Below, one piece after another: positions 35,038 through 45,537 of a DNA stretch of 51,549 bases. The DNA is taken from assembly GCA_040383885.1 (NCBI GenBank), contig JBEICQ010000002.1:1-51549 (forward strand), written 5' to 3'. The notes beneath the pieces were generated by a model. That model worked only from the letters and a program-made list of their open reading frames with translations, searched no databases and was not told the DNA's origin. Within the stretch, counting starts at the first letter, position 1. Each line of letters begins with the position of its first letter. The position numbers and the translations under genes were made by a program. The stretch comes from Flavobacteriales bacterium (GTDB taxonomy: Bacteria > Bacteroidota > Bacteroidia > UBA4408).

Positions 35038-35880
35038 ATGGAAATTATTCAAACAGCCTCCGCCTGTAAGGCCTGGAGAAACAGTCAATCGGGAATCAGC
35101 ATTGGCTTTGTACCCACCATGGGAGCCTTGCATATTGGGCACATGGAGTTGGTGAAGCGTTGTATGGAAGAGAATGACAAGTGCATCGTAAGTATTTTTG
35201 TCAACCCCACTCAATTTACCGACTCCCGCGATTTAAACGCTTATCCCAGGCAGCCTGAACAAGACCGGAAAATGCTGGAATCGCTGGGTGTACAGGCGCT
35301 TTTCATGCCTTCGCCTTCCGAGATGTATCCACAGGGAACGCAAAGCCTTTTAGAAATTCCCCTGGAGAACTTGGATAAAGTAATGGAAGGTGCGTCCAGG
35401 CCGGGACATTTTACCGGTGTGGTTACCATCGTGGATCTCTTGTTTAAACTGATTCAACCCCACAAGGCATATTTTGGAGAAAAGGACTACCAGCAACTTT
35501 TGGTCATCAGACGGCTGGTGGAATATTGTAACCATCCCACGCAAGTTGTTGCTTGTCCGCTTGTGCGTGAAGCCGACGGACTGGCATATAGTTCCAGAAA
35601 CATGCGGCTGAATCCACACGACAGAAGGCTGGCACAAATTATTCCCCAAACCTTGCTTGAGGTTGCCGGGAGCTATCGCCCCGGTCATGTAGAGGAAGCC
35701 AAAGAGCGTGTTCGCCGAAGTTTTGAAGGTATGGCGGGAGTCACACTTGATTATTTTAAAGTGTGTAATCCTCAAACACTGACCGAAATTGTGGAGGGTG
35801 ATACAGGTGAGGTGCGTATGTTTGTAGCAGCAATTGTCGGTGGCGTCAGGCTGATTGACAATACAAAAGCGCCATTATGA
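35038..35880 (+). CDS. panC: Pantoate--beta-alanine ligase
   Basis: The HIGH motif is GFVPTMGALHIGHMELV. FVNPTQF and GHFTGVVTIV are also present. The length is 280 aa. Confidence 0.95.
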   Translation: MEIIQTASACKAWRNSQSGISIGFVPTMGALHIGHMELVKRCMEENDKCIVSIFVNPTQFTDSRDLNAYPRQPEQDRKMLESLGVQALFMPSPSEMYPQGTQSLLEIPLENLDKVMEGASRPGHFTGVVTIVDLLFKLIQPHKAYFGEKDYQQLLVIRRLVEYCNHPTQVVACPLVREADGLAYSSRNMRLNPHDRRLAQIIPQTLLEVAGSYRPGHVEEAKERVRRSFEGMAGVTLDYFKVCNPQTLTEIVEGDTGEVRMFVAAIVGGVRLIDNTKAPL

Positions 35881-36869
35881 ACCTTCGAAAAATAATACAA
35901 CTACTTATCTTCCTGTCGATTGGCCTTTTTTTGGTTTGGTTCTCAGTGAAAGACCTCAACAAAGAAGAACGCTCTCTCATCTGGAGTAGTCTCAGCGGAG
36001 TAAATCCATGGGCGGTTATGGCCATGTTTTTGATTGCCACCCTAAGTCATGTGGCAAGGGCAGTACGCTGGAAAATAATTGCCGGGGAGGAAACACAGGG
36101 TATTTCTGTAGCAGATTACTTTTTTGCCATTATGGGCGGCTATCTTGCCAACCTGGCTATTCCCAGACTCGGAGAAGTTACCCGCTGTGGTTTGCTTCAT
36201 CGCTACCGGAAAGCCGATTTTTCCAAGATGCTCGGAACGGTGTTGTTTGAACGATTGTTTGATGTGCTTTGTCTGGGAATTGTTTTTCTGCTCACCCTTG
36301 CCATGGAATACAAGGTCTTTTACCCTTATGCACACCAGCAGTTTATCAATCCCCTGAGGCAGATGCTTTCTCCCGGAATATTGGTGGTTTTGCTCTGTGG
36401 ATCTGCCATTGGCATTATGGCCGTGATTTTTATCATGCGCAGAACCATGCATGCCGAGCATCCACTCCTGGTGATTCTCAATCGTTTTTTAAAAGGACTT
36501 ACCGGTGTGATGAACCTTAAAAAACCCGGGGCATTTGTCTTGTGGACTATCCTCATCTGGTTTCTCTATTGGGCAGGAATCATAGCAGGGTATTATGCCA
36601 TGGAATCCATGGGTGTTTTAAATTGGGGATCGGGACTCTCTCTGCTCATTGGTGGAACCATTGCCATGATTGTTGTACAGGGTGGCATTGGCGCTTATCC
36701 ATACTTTATCTCACAAATTCTTCTGCTTTACGCGGTATCTAAACCCACAGGTATCGCTTTTGGTTGGTTGGGCTGGCTGATTCAAACATTGGTTGTGTTG
36801 CTTTGGGGATTTTTAGCTTTCCTTTATTTCGCTGTCAACAAAACACCTAATGAAGACGCTAAGTCCTGA
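35877..36869 (+). CDS. Flippase-like membrane protein (LPG_synthase_TM / UPF0104 family)
   Basis: It has eight or so transmembrane helices. The conserved stretch [15 protein letters not shown] resembles the P-x-R-x-GE motif of UPF0104 proteins. The start overlaps the panC stop (ATGA). Confidence 0.7.
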   Translation: MNLRKIIQLLIFLSIGLFLVWFSVKDLNKEERSLIWSSLSGVNPWAVMAMFLIATLSHVARAVRWKIIAGEETQGISVADYFFAIMGGYLANLAIPRLGEVTRCGLLHRYRKADFSKMLGTVLFERLFDVLCLGIVFLLTLAMEYKVFYPYAHQQFINPLRQMLSPGILVVLLCGSAIGIMAVIFIMRRTMHAEHPLLVILNRFLKGLTGVMNLKKPGAFVLWTILIWFLYWAGIIAGYYAMESMGVLNWGSGLSLLIGGTIAMIVVQGGIGAYPYFISQILLLYAVSKPTGIAFGWLGWLIQTLVVLLWGFLAFLYFAVNKTPNEDAKS

Positions 36870-37344
36870 GGACAAAATTTTTGGGACGGAACATTGGCCA
36901 AAACTTCAGGAGTCCTGCAGGCAGGCAATAGCACTTGGCAGAAAACTGGTTTTTACCAACGGATGTTTCGATATTCTGCACCGTGGTCATGTGAGTTATC
37001 TGCACGCTGCCGCAGCATTGGGAGATATGCTGATAGTGGGTCTCAACACCGATCGATCGGTAGCGGCACTGAAGGGTCCGCAAAGGCCTTTGAATAATAC
37101 AGCAGACCGCGCTTATGTACTTGCCGCCCTGCAATGTGTTGATGCGGTTGTGGTTTTTGATGAAGAAACCCCTTTGCAACTGATTTCCTTTCTGTCTCCC
37201 CATGTATTGGTGAAAGGCGGTGATTATTCACCCGACCGTGTGGTAGGTGCATCACATGTGTTGGGTCTTGGTGGCAGGGTAGAAATTATTCCTTTTGTGA
37301 GTGGTTATTCCACCACTTCACTGATTAACAAAATGCATGGCTAA
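36850..37344 (+). CDS. rfaE2: D-glycero-beta-D-manno-heptose 1-phosphate adenylyltransferase-like cytidylyltransferase (RfaE domain II type)
   Basis: The HxGH nucleotidyltransferase motif is [34 protein letters not shown] and KGGDY are also present. The length is 164 aa. Confidence 0.8.
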   Translation: MKTLSPEDKIFGTEHWPKLQESCRQAIALGRKLVFTNGCFDILHRGHVSYLHAAAALGDMLIVGLNTDRSVAALKGPQRPLNNTADRAYVLAALQCVDAVVVFDEETPLQLISFLSPHVLVKGGDYSPDRVVGASHVLGLGGRVEIIPFVSGYSTTSLINKMHG

Positions 37345-38701
37345 AACGCATACCCAATTTGTCTGTCGCAATTGTGGACACCAATCTGTAAAATGGGTAG
37401 GCAAATGTCCTTCCTGCCAGGAGTGGAACACCCTGTTTGAGGAAGTTGTGCAGAAAGCCTCGGCCAAAAACACATCAAACAGTAAACCCGGTCATTCCCC
37501 ACGATCTATCCACAGCATAGAAACCATGGATAACATCCGCCTTGGATCGGGATTTTCTGAACTCGATCGTATTCTGGGGGGAGGATTTATCCTGGGAGCT
37601 GCCGTACTGATAGGGGGGGAGCCCGGTGTAGGCAAGTCCACCCTTTTGCTTCAAAGCCTGCTTAGAATGAAAGAGGTTCGTTCCCTCTATGTTTCCGGCG
37701 AGGAGAGCAGTCAACAAATTCGTTACAGGGCATCCCGTCTTCAGGAATATGATGGTGCGGAACAGGTTTTTGTTTTTTGTGAAAACAATGTGGATGCCAT
37801 TCTTGCTGAACTCTCCGGTGGGGATTATCGCTTTGTTGTTGTGGATTCAGTACAAACGCTCTATGACCCTGCTCTGGATTCGTCTCCCGGAACAGTTTCT
37901 CAGGTAAGGGAGTGTTCCTTTAGACTGGTGGAGTACTGCAAAGAAAAAAACATTCCTCTGGTGCTCATTGGTCACATCAACAAGGAAGGAATTATTGCAG
38001 GACCAAAGGTATTGGAGCACCTGGTAGATACGGTTATTCAGTTTGAAGGCGACAGGCAGGGCCTGTACCGCATCTTACGAAGCCTTAAAAACCGCTTTGG
38101 TTCCACGCACGAAATGGGCTTCTTTGAGATGGAAGGCTCCGGCCTCAGGGAAGTACTTTCTCCTTCAGATATTTTTATCAGCGATTCAAGAGACAAAAGT
38201 TTATCCGGTTGCTCGGTGAGTTGTATCATGGAAGGCAGCAGAGGCCTGTTGGTTGAAGTGCAGGCGCTAGTGAGTTCTGCCGTATATGGAACTCCTCAGC
38301 GTGTTTCCAAAGGTTATGACACAAAAAAACTCAACATGGTGCTTGCTGTGCTGGAGAAGCGTTGCGGATTCAGGTTGTCTTTGAAGGATGTTTTTTTAAA
38401 CATTACAGGAGGATTTTCAGTAGAAGACCCGGGCATTGACTTGGCTGTGGTACTTGCTATTTTATCATCCAATGAAGACATCCCCATTGATCCCGGCATT
38501 TGTGTGATAGGAGAGCTTGGCTTGTCAGGCGAAATCAGGAGCGTGAACAAGCCCGACCAAAGGGTTTTGGAGGCTGTTCGGCTGGGTTTTACCAGGGTAT
38601 TTATTCCGGCAGCCCAGGTGAACACAAAAAACAGCAGGGAGCAGCCCGGTGTGATTGGGGTTAAGAATATCAATGAGCTGTTTACCGGTATTTTTGGTTA
38701 A
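37337..38701 (+). CDS. radA: DNA repair protein RadA (Sms)
   Basis: The zinc ribbon is [22 protein letters not shown], Walker A is [10 protein letters not shown], and the RadA-specific motif is [11 protein letters not shown] Lon-protease-like C-terminal domain is present. Confidence 0.95.
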   Translation: MAKTHTQFVCRNCGHQSVKWVGKCPSCQEWNTLFEEVVQKASAKNTSNSKPGHSPRSIHSIETMDNIRLGSGFSELDRILGGGFILGAAVLIGGEPGVGKSTLLLQSLLRMKEVRSLYVSGEESSQQIRYRASRLQEYDGAEQVFVFCENNVDAILAELSGGDYRFVVVDSVQTLYDPALDSSPGTVSQVRECSFRLVEYCKEKNIPLVLIGHINKEGIIAGPKVLEHLVDTVIQFEGDRQGLYRILRSLKNRFGSTHEMGFFEMEGSGLREVLSPSDIFISDSRDKSLSGCSVSCIMEGSRGLLVEVQALVSSAVYGTPQRVSKGYDTKKLNMVLAVLEKRCGFRLSLKDVFLNITGGFSVEDPGIDLAVVLAILSSNEDIPIDPGICVIGELGLSGEIRSVNKPDQRVLEAVRLGFTRVFIPAAQVNTKNSREQPGVIGVKNINELFTGIFG

Positions 38702-38761
38702 ACTTATATAAGCGTCTCGTCGAGCCACCACTTGAAACACAACAGGCTCATGGGGAACAGT

Positions 38762-38769
38762 TATCTTTG
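38762..38769 (+). promoter_or_regulatory. Bacteroidota -7 promoter box candidate (TATCTTTG) upstream of mutL
   Basis: This is an exact TAnnTTTG match, 14 nt upstream of the mutL ATG at 38784. Confidence 0.35.
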
Positions 38770-38783
38770 CAGGTAAAATTCCG

Positions 38784-40613
38784 ATGCAGGATATTATTCA
38801 ATTACTGCCCGACTCGGTGGCAAACCAGATTGCTGCCGGTGAGGTTATTCAGCGACCCGCCTCGGTCGTAAAGGAATTATTGGAAAATGCAGTTGACGCA
38901 GGTGCCGAAAAAATTACCCTGCTTGTGCAAGAGGCCGGCAGAGAGCTGATTCAGGTTTCCGACAACGGGCGCGGCATGACTCCGGCAGATGCACGCATGT
39001 GTTTTGAAAGACATGCCACCTCCAAATTAAAGGGATCAGAAGATTTGTTCAGAATACAAACCAAAGGCTTTCGGGGAGAGGCACTGGCCTCTATTGCAGC
39101 CGTTGCCCAGGTTGAGTTAAAAACCCGCAGGGCAGAAGAACAGCTGGGCACTCAGATCCTGATGGCAGGCAGTAAGTTGATTGAACAAAATCTCACAGCA
39201 TGCACCCCCGGGACTGTATTCACCATCAAAAAACTTTTTTACAACATTCCGGCGCGGTATGCCTTCTTAAAATCCAATGCAGCCGAAAACACCCATATCA
39301 GTGAAGAGTTTATTCGTGTTGCCATCGCCCACCCCGAGATTGCATTTACCTTTACCAGCAATGGGAGCGAACAATATCATCTGGTTAAATCCAATCTCCC
39401 TCAGCGGATTGCTGCATTGTTTGGCAACAATTATCAGGATCGACTGGTAAAGCTCGAGGAACAAACCCAGGTGGTGAATATCAGGGGATATGTGGTAAAG
39501 CCCGAATATTCGCGTAAAACAAGAGGGGAACAATATTTCTTTGTGAACAACCGGTTCATCCGGAATCCATACCTCAACAATGCTGTTCAGATGGCTTTTC
39601 AAAGTCTGATTCCACATGAAAACCAGGCCGGTTATTTTATTTTTATTGATGTAGATCCCGCGGCGGTAGATGTAAACATTCACCCTACCAAAACGGAGGT
39701 GAAGTTTAGAGATGAAAAGGTGATTTATGCCATTTTACATGCGGTAGTAAAGCGTTCTCTGGGACAGGCCAACCTTACCCCCTCTCTTGATTTTAGCGAT
39801 GCCCAGTCTATTGACATCCCCTTGCCCGAAAAGGGAAAAATATTTTCTGCACCGGAGGTAAAAATTAATCCGGGTTACAATCCTTTTGGAAAAACCAGCG
39901 GTTCCCCTTTCGACATGCGCCGTGCGGCAGATCTTTCCCAATGGCATCAGCTTTATGCCCCGGATCAGACACCTCATCAGCAAGCGGTAAATCCGAATGA
40001 GCAAGCAATGATTCCCTCTAAAGGGGAGGAAGAAACAGAGGAAAACAAACATCTTTTTCAGTTTGCAAATCAGTACCTTCTTTTTTCAAAAAACGGAACC
40101 TTGTATGCCATAGATCAACAGCACGCACATGAACAGGTTTTATATGAGCGTTTTGTGACCGGACTTGCTCAGCGAAATACTGCCTCTCAGCAACTGATGT
40201 TTCCGGAGCATGTAGAGGTGCAACCCCATCTTCAGCCCTTGCTCAAGGAATTGCTCCCCGATCTAAGGGAACTCGGATTTTTGTTGCAACCTTTGGGTAT
40301 TCACACCTGGGTAGTGAGTGGGATTCCATCAGATGCAACCAACCAAAATCTGCAGCAGCTGCTCGATGATATGTTGCATGCTTTTAATGAAAGCAGACAG
40401 GATCTGTCAACGCGAAGGCAAACATTGTTGTGCGCTTCCCTTGCCAGAAAATTATGCATCAAGCGAGGAACAGAGATGAAACCAGACGAAATACAAGCAC
40501 TGGTAAAAGCATTCTTTGCCTGTGAAAACACCAGACATACTCCTTCCGGAAAAAAAATAATGACCATGCTTTCGCCCTCGCAGTTGGGAGATTTAATTAA
40601 GAACCAAGCCTAA
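38784..40613 (+). CDS. mutL: DNA mismatch repair endonuclease MutL
   Basis: The GHKL ATPase N-terminus is LPDSVANQIAAGEVIQRPASVVKELLENAVDAGA, with DNGRGM and GFRGEAL following. A C-terminal dimerisation region is present. Confidence 0.95.
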   Translation: MQDIIQLLPDSVANQIAAGEVIQRPASVVKELLENAVDAGAEKITLLVQEAGRELIQVSDNGRGMTPADARMCFERHATSKLKGSEDLFRIQTKGFRGEALASIAAVAQVELKTRRAEEQLGTQILMAGSKLIEQNLTACTPGTVFTIKKLFYNIPARYAFLKSNAAENTHISEEFIRVAIAHPEIAFTFTSNGSEQYHLVKSNLPQRIAALFGNNYQDRLVKLEEQTQVVNIRGYVVKPEYSRKTRGEQYFFVNNRFIRNPYLNNAVQMAFQSLIPHENQAGYFIFIDVDPAAVDVNIHPTKTEVKFRDEKVIYAILHAVVKRSLGQANLTPSLDFSDAQSIDIPLPEKGKIFSAPEVKINPGYNPFGKTSGSPFDMRRAADLSQWHQLYAPDQTPHQQAVNPNEQAMIPSKGEEETEENKHLFQFANQYLLFSKNGTLYAIDQQHAHEQVLYERFVTGLAQRNTASQQLMFPEHVEVQPHLQPLLKELLPDLRELGFLLQPLGIHTWVVSGIPSDATNQNLQQLLDDMLHAFNESRQDLSTRRQTLLCASLARKLCIKRGTEMKPDEIQALVKAFFACENTRHTPSGKKIMTMLSPSQLGDLIKNQA

Positions 40614-41465
40614 ATGAGCCAATATTACCGCCCTCAGGGATTTAATTTGTTGCCGGAAGTAACCAAGAACCTGTTAATCATTAACGGTATTTTTTTTCTG
40701 GCCACTATTGTCCTTCAAAACCGATTTGATATTGACCTGAATGATATACTGGGACTCCATTACTGGGGGGCAGAAAAATTCAGGCCCTACCAGTTTGTGA
40801 CTTACATGTTTTTACACGGCAACTTTCAGCACATTCTCCTTAATATGTTTGCCTTATGGATGTTTGGTTATGCGGTTGAAAATTACTGGGGGGCCAAGCG
40901 CTTTCTTATTTATTATCTGGTTTGCGGATTGGGTGCTGCGTTTACTCATTATGCAATCTTCTTTTTTGAGAGCCGCGAAGCGCTTTCAGCCTTTGATGCA
41001 TTTTTATTGAATCCCAATGAGCCGGCCTTACAAAGTCTGATCGAAAGATTTTCGGTAAATAGTCCTGCCAGTTTTATAAGAACAAAAGATTTTATTGATA
41101 CATACAACCAGAAGTTTGCGATTAATCAAACAGATGCTTTGTCGTATGCCCAAATTTTTGTACAACAATTGCGCGCAGATTACCTCAATGAACCTGTGGT
41201 GGTTGGTGCCTCTGGCGCAGTATTTGGCTTACTCCTTGCTTTTGGAGTATTGTTTCCGAATGCAGTTATCTACCTCTATTTTTTTCTTCCGCTCAAGGCA
41301 AAATATTTTGTGATTATTTATGGAGCCTTCGAACTTTTTTCGGGCATTGCAAACAGCGGGATGGACAATGTGGCGCATTTTGCACATCTTGGAGGGATGC
41401 TTTTCGGCTTTTTGCTGATCCGCTATTGGCGAAAGCGACCACCCGATAATTATTTTTACATCTGA
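40614..41465 (+). CDS. Rhomboid family intramembrane serine protease
   Basis: FLHGNFQHILLNMFALW carries the HxxxN motif, VGASGAVFGLL is the catalytic GxSG, and HLGGMLFG holds the catalytic His. The start abuts the mutL stop (TAAATG). Confidence 0.85.
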   Translation: MSQYYRPQGFNLLPEVTKNLLIINGIFFLATIVLQNRFDIDLNDILGLHYWGAEKFRPYQFVTYMFLHGNFQHILLNMFALWMFGYAVENYWGAKRFLIYYLVCGLGAAFTHYAIFFFESREALSAFDAFLLNPNEPALQSLIERFSVNSPASFIRTKDFIDTYNQKFAINQTDALSYAQIFVQQLRADYLNEPVVVGASGAVFGLLLAFGVLFPNAVIYLYFFLPLKAKYFVIIYGAFELFSGIANSGMDNVAHFAHLGGMLFGFLLIRYWRKRPPDNYFYI

Positions 41466-41506
41466 TGAAACACCCCGGTAAATTTTTTTCGTTTAAAGCA
41501 TAAAGT

Positions 41507-42394
41507 ATGTGGGAAGAACTAAAACAACAGTTTAGAAATGGGCAGATGTTCACAAGGCTGATTCTGGTGAATGTGGGAATTTATCTGATCACTGCAATCA
41601 GCATTGTTTTTTTTCATCAGTTCAGTACCAGCGTAAGCAATGAATTTTTGCTCAGGTACACGGCTGTTACCAGTAACTTAGGGGAACTTTTATTCAAGCC
41701 TTGGACCCTCATCAGCTACCAGTTTATTCACCAGCAATTTTCTCACATTCTTTACAACATGCTGATGTTGTATTTTGGAGGTCGCCTTTTTACCGAGTAT
41801 TTATCAGATAAAAATCTTTTGCGGGTTTACCTTGGCTCCGGTATTGCCGGCGCATTGGTTTACATCGCCGCCTATAATCTCCTGCCGGTATATGCTGTTG
41901 AAAAAAACTATTCTCTTGCCATTGGGTCTTCCGCAAGTGCCCTGGGCATATTCATTGCCATTGCCACCTACATACCCAATTTCATGGTAAGCATCTTCAT
42001 GCTCTTTGAGGTAAGGCTCAAGTATGTGGCTGTTTTTTTGGTTTTGTTGGACCTGATCAATCTCGACAAGGGAAATGCAGGAGGGCATTTTACCCATTTG
42101 GGCGGAGCCCTGTTTGGATACCTTTATGCAATAAATCTTCGAAAGGGAAGGGACTGGTTTGGTGGCATGAGTCAATTTTACGAAAACCTGAAAAAGCGTT
42201 TTGCTTCGCCCAAGCCATCTCTTAAAAAAGTATACCAGGCAGCAAGTAAAGATACGGCAGCAACTGCCTTTCAGAGAGAGCGGATGAAACAGGAAGTGGT
42301 AGACCGTATTCTGGATAAAATATCCCGCTCAGGATACAACAGCCTCACCAAAGAAGAAAAAGAAATTCTTTTTCACGCGAGTAAGGATAAATAA
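41507..42394 (+). CDS. Rhomboid family protein with a variant Ser motif and a soluble C-terminal extension
   Basis: FIHQQFSHILYNMLMLYFGG and HLGGALFGYL are conserved. The Ser motif reads IGSSASALG (GxSA rather than GxSG). A hydrophilic tail of about 90 aa follows the last transmembrane helix. Confidence 0.75.
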   Translation: MWEELKQQFRNGQMFTRLILVNVGIYLITAISIVFFHQFSTSVSNEFLLRYTAVTSNLGELLFKPWTLISYQFIHQQFSHILYNMLMLYFGGRLFTEYLSDKNLLRVYLGSGIAGALVYIAAYNLLPVYAVEKNYSLAIGSSASALGIFIAIATYIPNFMVSIFMLFEVRLKYVAVFLVLLDLINLDKGNAGGHFTHLGGALFGYLYAINLRKGRDWFGGMSQFYENLKKRFASPKPSLKKVYQAASKDTAATAFQRERMKQEVVDRILDKISRSGYNSLTKEEKEILFHASKDK

Positions 42395-42417
42395 ATCTGT
42401 ACGCATTTGATGATCTG

Positions 42418-43593
42418 TTAAAAGCTCAATTTCGCCCTTAAAAATCCCCTGTGAGTAAGGGCCTGGAAGGAGTTGTTGATGTCTGCAAAAAACGATTGCC
42501 ACACCAGACTAAGGTCCCAATGATTGCTGAGGCTGTACTGTAAGGAAGGAAGCAAGAGTCCGATGTTTGATCCGGGCGCAAAAAGGCTCGTCATGTGTGC
42601 AGAAAACAAAGGGTTTATTTCCTTGCTCACTCCCACAATACAATTGTATGCACCAGGCATCAGGTTGCGTGCCGAAAGGCTGAAATTCAGGGAGTATGAA
42701 TTGTTTACGGGAGAAGAAATCCCTCTGTTGTTCCACAAAAAGCCGGCATTGACATACCATCCCCGCGAAAACATGTAATCCCATTCTATCACCGCATTGC
42801 ATTGTGCTTTTGTAGAAAGGGAGGAAGTAAAATATTGTACTTCACCTTTGAATCCTGCCTTTGCGATGTTTCCGGCCCAACCTGCACCCAGGGTTATTTC
42901 ATTGTGGTATTTTCCGGCATTTATTTGCCAGTCGTAGCCATGAGTATTAAAAAAGTATTTTAAGGCTGCGATGGTTTTGTTGTTAGAAAAAGAAGGGCTC
43001 AAAGCCAAATCAGCATGGTCTAAGTCGTTCATCCGGTATTGCAAACAAATTGCATCGCTACCTGGCCTCTCTTCATAGTCAAAATCAAGAAAATTAAAGG
43101 CATTAAAAATATCATTCGGATTCCAGGTATTGGCCATCCCCCAGTGAATCCTTTGGCGTCCCGCCCTGAGTGTCCATTTTCTGCTCTTGTATTCCAACCA
43201 TAAGCGTTCTGTATTGGAAAACAGAACCATGTTGTTTTTTTCCATCCATCGAACAGAAGCGTTCACTTGTTCATTGCCATTGCGCAAGCCTGAGCTAAAT
43301 CCGGGGACAGTTCGCACTTCGTCTCCCCAAAAATAGCGGTTGCGAAATTCGGCTGCTGCAGAAAAACCACCGGGTGAAGACAATCGAAAATTCAGCCGCT
43401 GGTGAATCAGCAGGGTGGTTTGATGCTGAGAAAAATGCGCATCAAAAACAACATAGGGCAAGCCCTTTATATACCCTGCTGCTTCTATTTTTAGCGGAAG
43501 CAAATGTTGTTCAGCAAAAGCAATATGAGCACTTATTGTTAAGAGCATGAATACCGATGCGAAGGATGATCTTGTTTTTTCAGGAAGCATCAT
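42418..43593 (-). CDS. Hypothetical outer-membrane beta-barrel protein (porin-like)
   Basis: A signal-peptide-like N-terminus is present (FASVFMLLTISAHIAFA). Alternating hydrophobic beta-strand patterns run throughout, and the C-terminus ends FLRAKLSF with a terminal aromatic residue, as in OMP sorting signals. Confidence 0.55.
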   Translation of the reverse strand: MMLPEKTRSSFASVFMLLTISAHIAFAEQHLLPLKIEAAGYIKGLPYVVFDAHFSQHQTTLLIHQRLNFRLSSPGGFSAAAEFRNRYFWGDEVRTVPGFSSGLRNGNEQVNASVRWMEKNNMVLFSNTERLWLEYKSRKWTLRAGRQRIHWGMANTWNPNDIFNAFNFLDFDYEERPGSDAICLQYRMNDLDHADLALSPSFSNNKTIAALKYFFNTHGYDWQINAGKYHNEITLGAGWAGNIAKAGFKGEVQYFTSSLSTKAQCNAVIEWDYMFSRGWYVNAGFLWNNRGISSPVNNSYSLNFSLSARNLMPGAYNCIVGVSKEINPLFSAHMTSLFAPGSNIGLLLPSLQYSLSNHWDLSLVWQSFFADINNSFQALTHRGFLRAKLSF

Positions 43594-43604
43594 GTTGCCG
43601 GATT

Positions 43605-44309
43605 TTAAAAAGTGCGCGCCGGCATCGTGTCTGAAAAAATTTTTCCATCTACCAGTGTAATTACTCTTCTTGCTCTTTCGATAACTCTTTGGTCGTGGGT
43701 TGAAAACAGAAAGGTGATGTTTTCTTCTCTGTTCAGTCTATCCATGATATCGAGCAGGTTGGATGCTGATTGGGTATCAAGGTTGGCGGTGGGTTCATCT
43801 GCCAAAACAAATTTGGGCTTTGAAGCAAGGGCTCTGGCTACGGCCACCCTTTGTTGTTGTCCACCGGATAGTTCAGATGGCCTGCTGTTGAGTTTGTCTT
43901 CCAGCTGAATTTCATGAAACAATTGTTTTATCCGCGCATTCCTTTCTTTTGCAGGCGTATGCTGCAGATGCATGATCAGCTCCACATTTTCTTTCGCAGT
44001 AAGCACAGGTATCAGGTTGAACGACTGAAATACAAAACCAATATGCCTGAGCCGGAACTCAATGAGCTCGGCATCGGTAAGTTTTGTGATGTCTATTCCT
44101 TTGATTTTGATGCTGCCTGCATCTGGTTTGTCCAATCCTCCAATGAGGTTCAGCAGGGTTGTTTTACCTGATCCGGAGGGCCCTACAAGCGCCGTAAATT
44201 CTCCACGATTGAGGTGCAGGTGCACATTGTTTACAGCGTATACCGGAATGGTATCTGCATTATAAATTTTGCTGATGTTGTGGGCATCAATAACAGTTAA
44301 ATCATCCAT
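43605..44309 (-). CDS. ABC transporter ATP-binding protein (MacB/LolD family)
   Basis: Walker A is GPSGSGKTT, the signature motif is LSGGQQQRVAVARAL, Walker B is VLADEPT, and the H-loop is STHD. Confidence 0.9.
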   Translation of the reverse strand: MDDLTVIDAHNISKIYNADTIPVYAVNNVHLHLNRGEFTALVGPSGSGKTTLLNLIGGLDKPDAGSIKIKGIDITKLTDAELIEFRLRHIGFVFQSFNLIPVLTAKENVELIMHLQHTPAKERNARIKQLFHEIQLEDKLNSRPSELSGGQQQRVAVARALASKPKFVLADEPTANLDTQSASNLLDIMDRLNREENITFLFSTHDQRVIERARRVITLVDGKIFSDTMPARTF

Positions 44310-44316
44310 GTATGGG

Positions 44317-45528
44317 CTATTTTCTTAGGGCATCCACAGGTTTGAGAGAAAGCGCTTTTAAAGCGGGAAAAAGGCCGGAAATCAGGGCTGTAGAAACCAC
44401 GATTAAGACCACCCTTGTGAGTTGTTCTGAAGGAAATTCAGGATAAACAATCTGAGAAAAGCCAAAACTTTTCATGAGCTCTTCGCGGAATGCTGAAAGA
44501 TTGATACCCACGCGGTTGAAATAAGTGATGGTGGTCCATGAAAAGAACAAACCAAAAGGAAATCCGGCAAGTGTGAGGTAGAGGGTTTCACTTAGAATAA
44601 GCGCAAAGACTTTTGATTTGCTCATGCCCAATGCCATGAGCATGCCTATTTCCCTGGTGCGTTCAAGGATGGCCATGAGCATGGTGTTGATGATTCCAAA
44701 AGCAAGAGCGAGCATGATAATGGTAATGATGATGATGGAATACTGATTTGCAACATCAACCAGCAGCGCGGTCTCAGGAGAGAGATCCTGCCACTTCTCT
44801 ATTTTTAAAAGTGGAAACAGGTTTTTCATTTGCAGGTATGTATCCTCAAGGGACTCGTCTGTATGCAGCAAAATGCACATTTCGTGAGAGGCCTGTTCCA
44901 TGCCTAACAGGTGGTTGATGATTTGCGAAGGAATGTAAACAGATCTTTGATCGAGTGGGGCATTTTCAGATTCGAAAATACCGGCCACGCGACAAGCCGC
45001 AGAGATCATGTTGTTTGCCGAATCGGTAAACATAACAACAACTTTAGACCTAAGGTGCAGCTTTAGCTTGTCTGCCAGTTTTTTTCCTATCAGAACAGGG
45101 TTCCTCGTTTTACCTGAAAAATAAGTGCCTTCAATCAGTTTTTTATCAAGCCCGGAAACCCGCTTCTCTGCATCCGGATCGATTCCTAAAAGAATGACTC
45201 CTGCGCTGCCCGTAGCAGTAGAAAGCATGGCCGGAGCCAGCGTACGATAACATACCTCTTTTACGGCGGGAAGATTCCTTAGTCCTTCCAGGTTTTTTTT
45301 AGAAGGAAGCAGGTAGCCCGCCTCCAGGTCATCGGAAAATAAAGAATGATGAATTTGTATGTGTCCAACCTCTTTGTCTATCACCGTGCGCACCCTGCTT
45401 TTCATCATGCCTTTGTAAAGCCCAAGAACAGAAATTCCTGCAAAAAGGCCCAGGGCGATGGAGCTCATGATGATGAGACTCCTCGCAGGATTTCTCCAGA
45501 TATTCCGCCATGCCATCAGGGTAATCAT
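44317..45528 (-). CDS. ABC transporter permease, FtsX/MacB type with a large periplasmic domain
   Basis: An N-terminal transmembrane helix (AWRNIWRNPARSLIIMSSIALGLF) is followed by a periplasmic domain of about 230 aa. The C-terminal three-helix FtsX module carries RTREIGMLMALGMSK. Confidence 0.85.
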   Translation of the reverse strand: MITLMAWRNIWRNPARSLIIMSSIALGLFAGISVLGLYKGMMKSRVRTVIDKEVGHIQIHHSLFSDDLEAGYLLPSKKNLEGLRNLPAVKEVCYRTLAPAMLSTATGSAGVILLGIDPDAEKRVSGLDKKLIEGTYFSGKTRNPVLIGKKLADKLKLHLRSKVVVMFTDSANNMISAACRVAGIFESENAPLDQRSVYIPSQIINHLLGMEQASHEMCILLHTDESLEDTYLQMKNLFPLLKIEKWQDLSPETALLVDVANQYSIIIITIIMLALAFGIINTMLMAILERTREIGMLMALGMSKSKVFALILSETLYLTLAGFPFGLFFSWTTITYFNRVGINLSAFREELMKSFGFSQIVYPEFPSEQLTRVVLIVVSTALISGLFPALKALSLKPVDALRK

Positions 45529-45537
45529 CTTCTTGAA

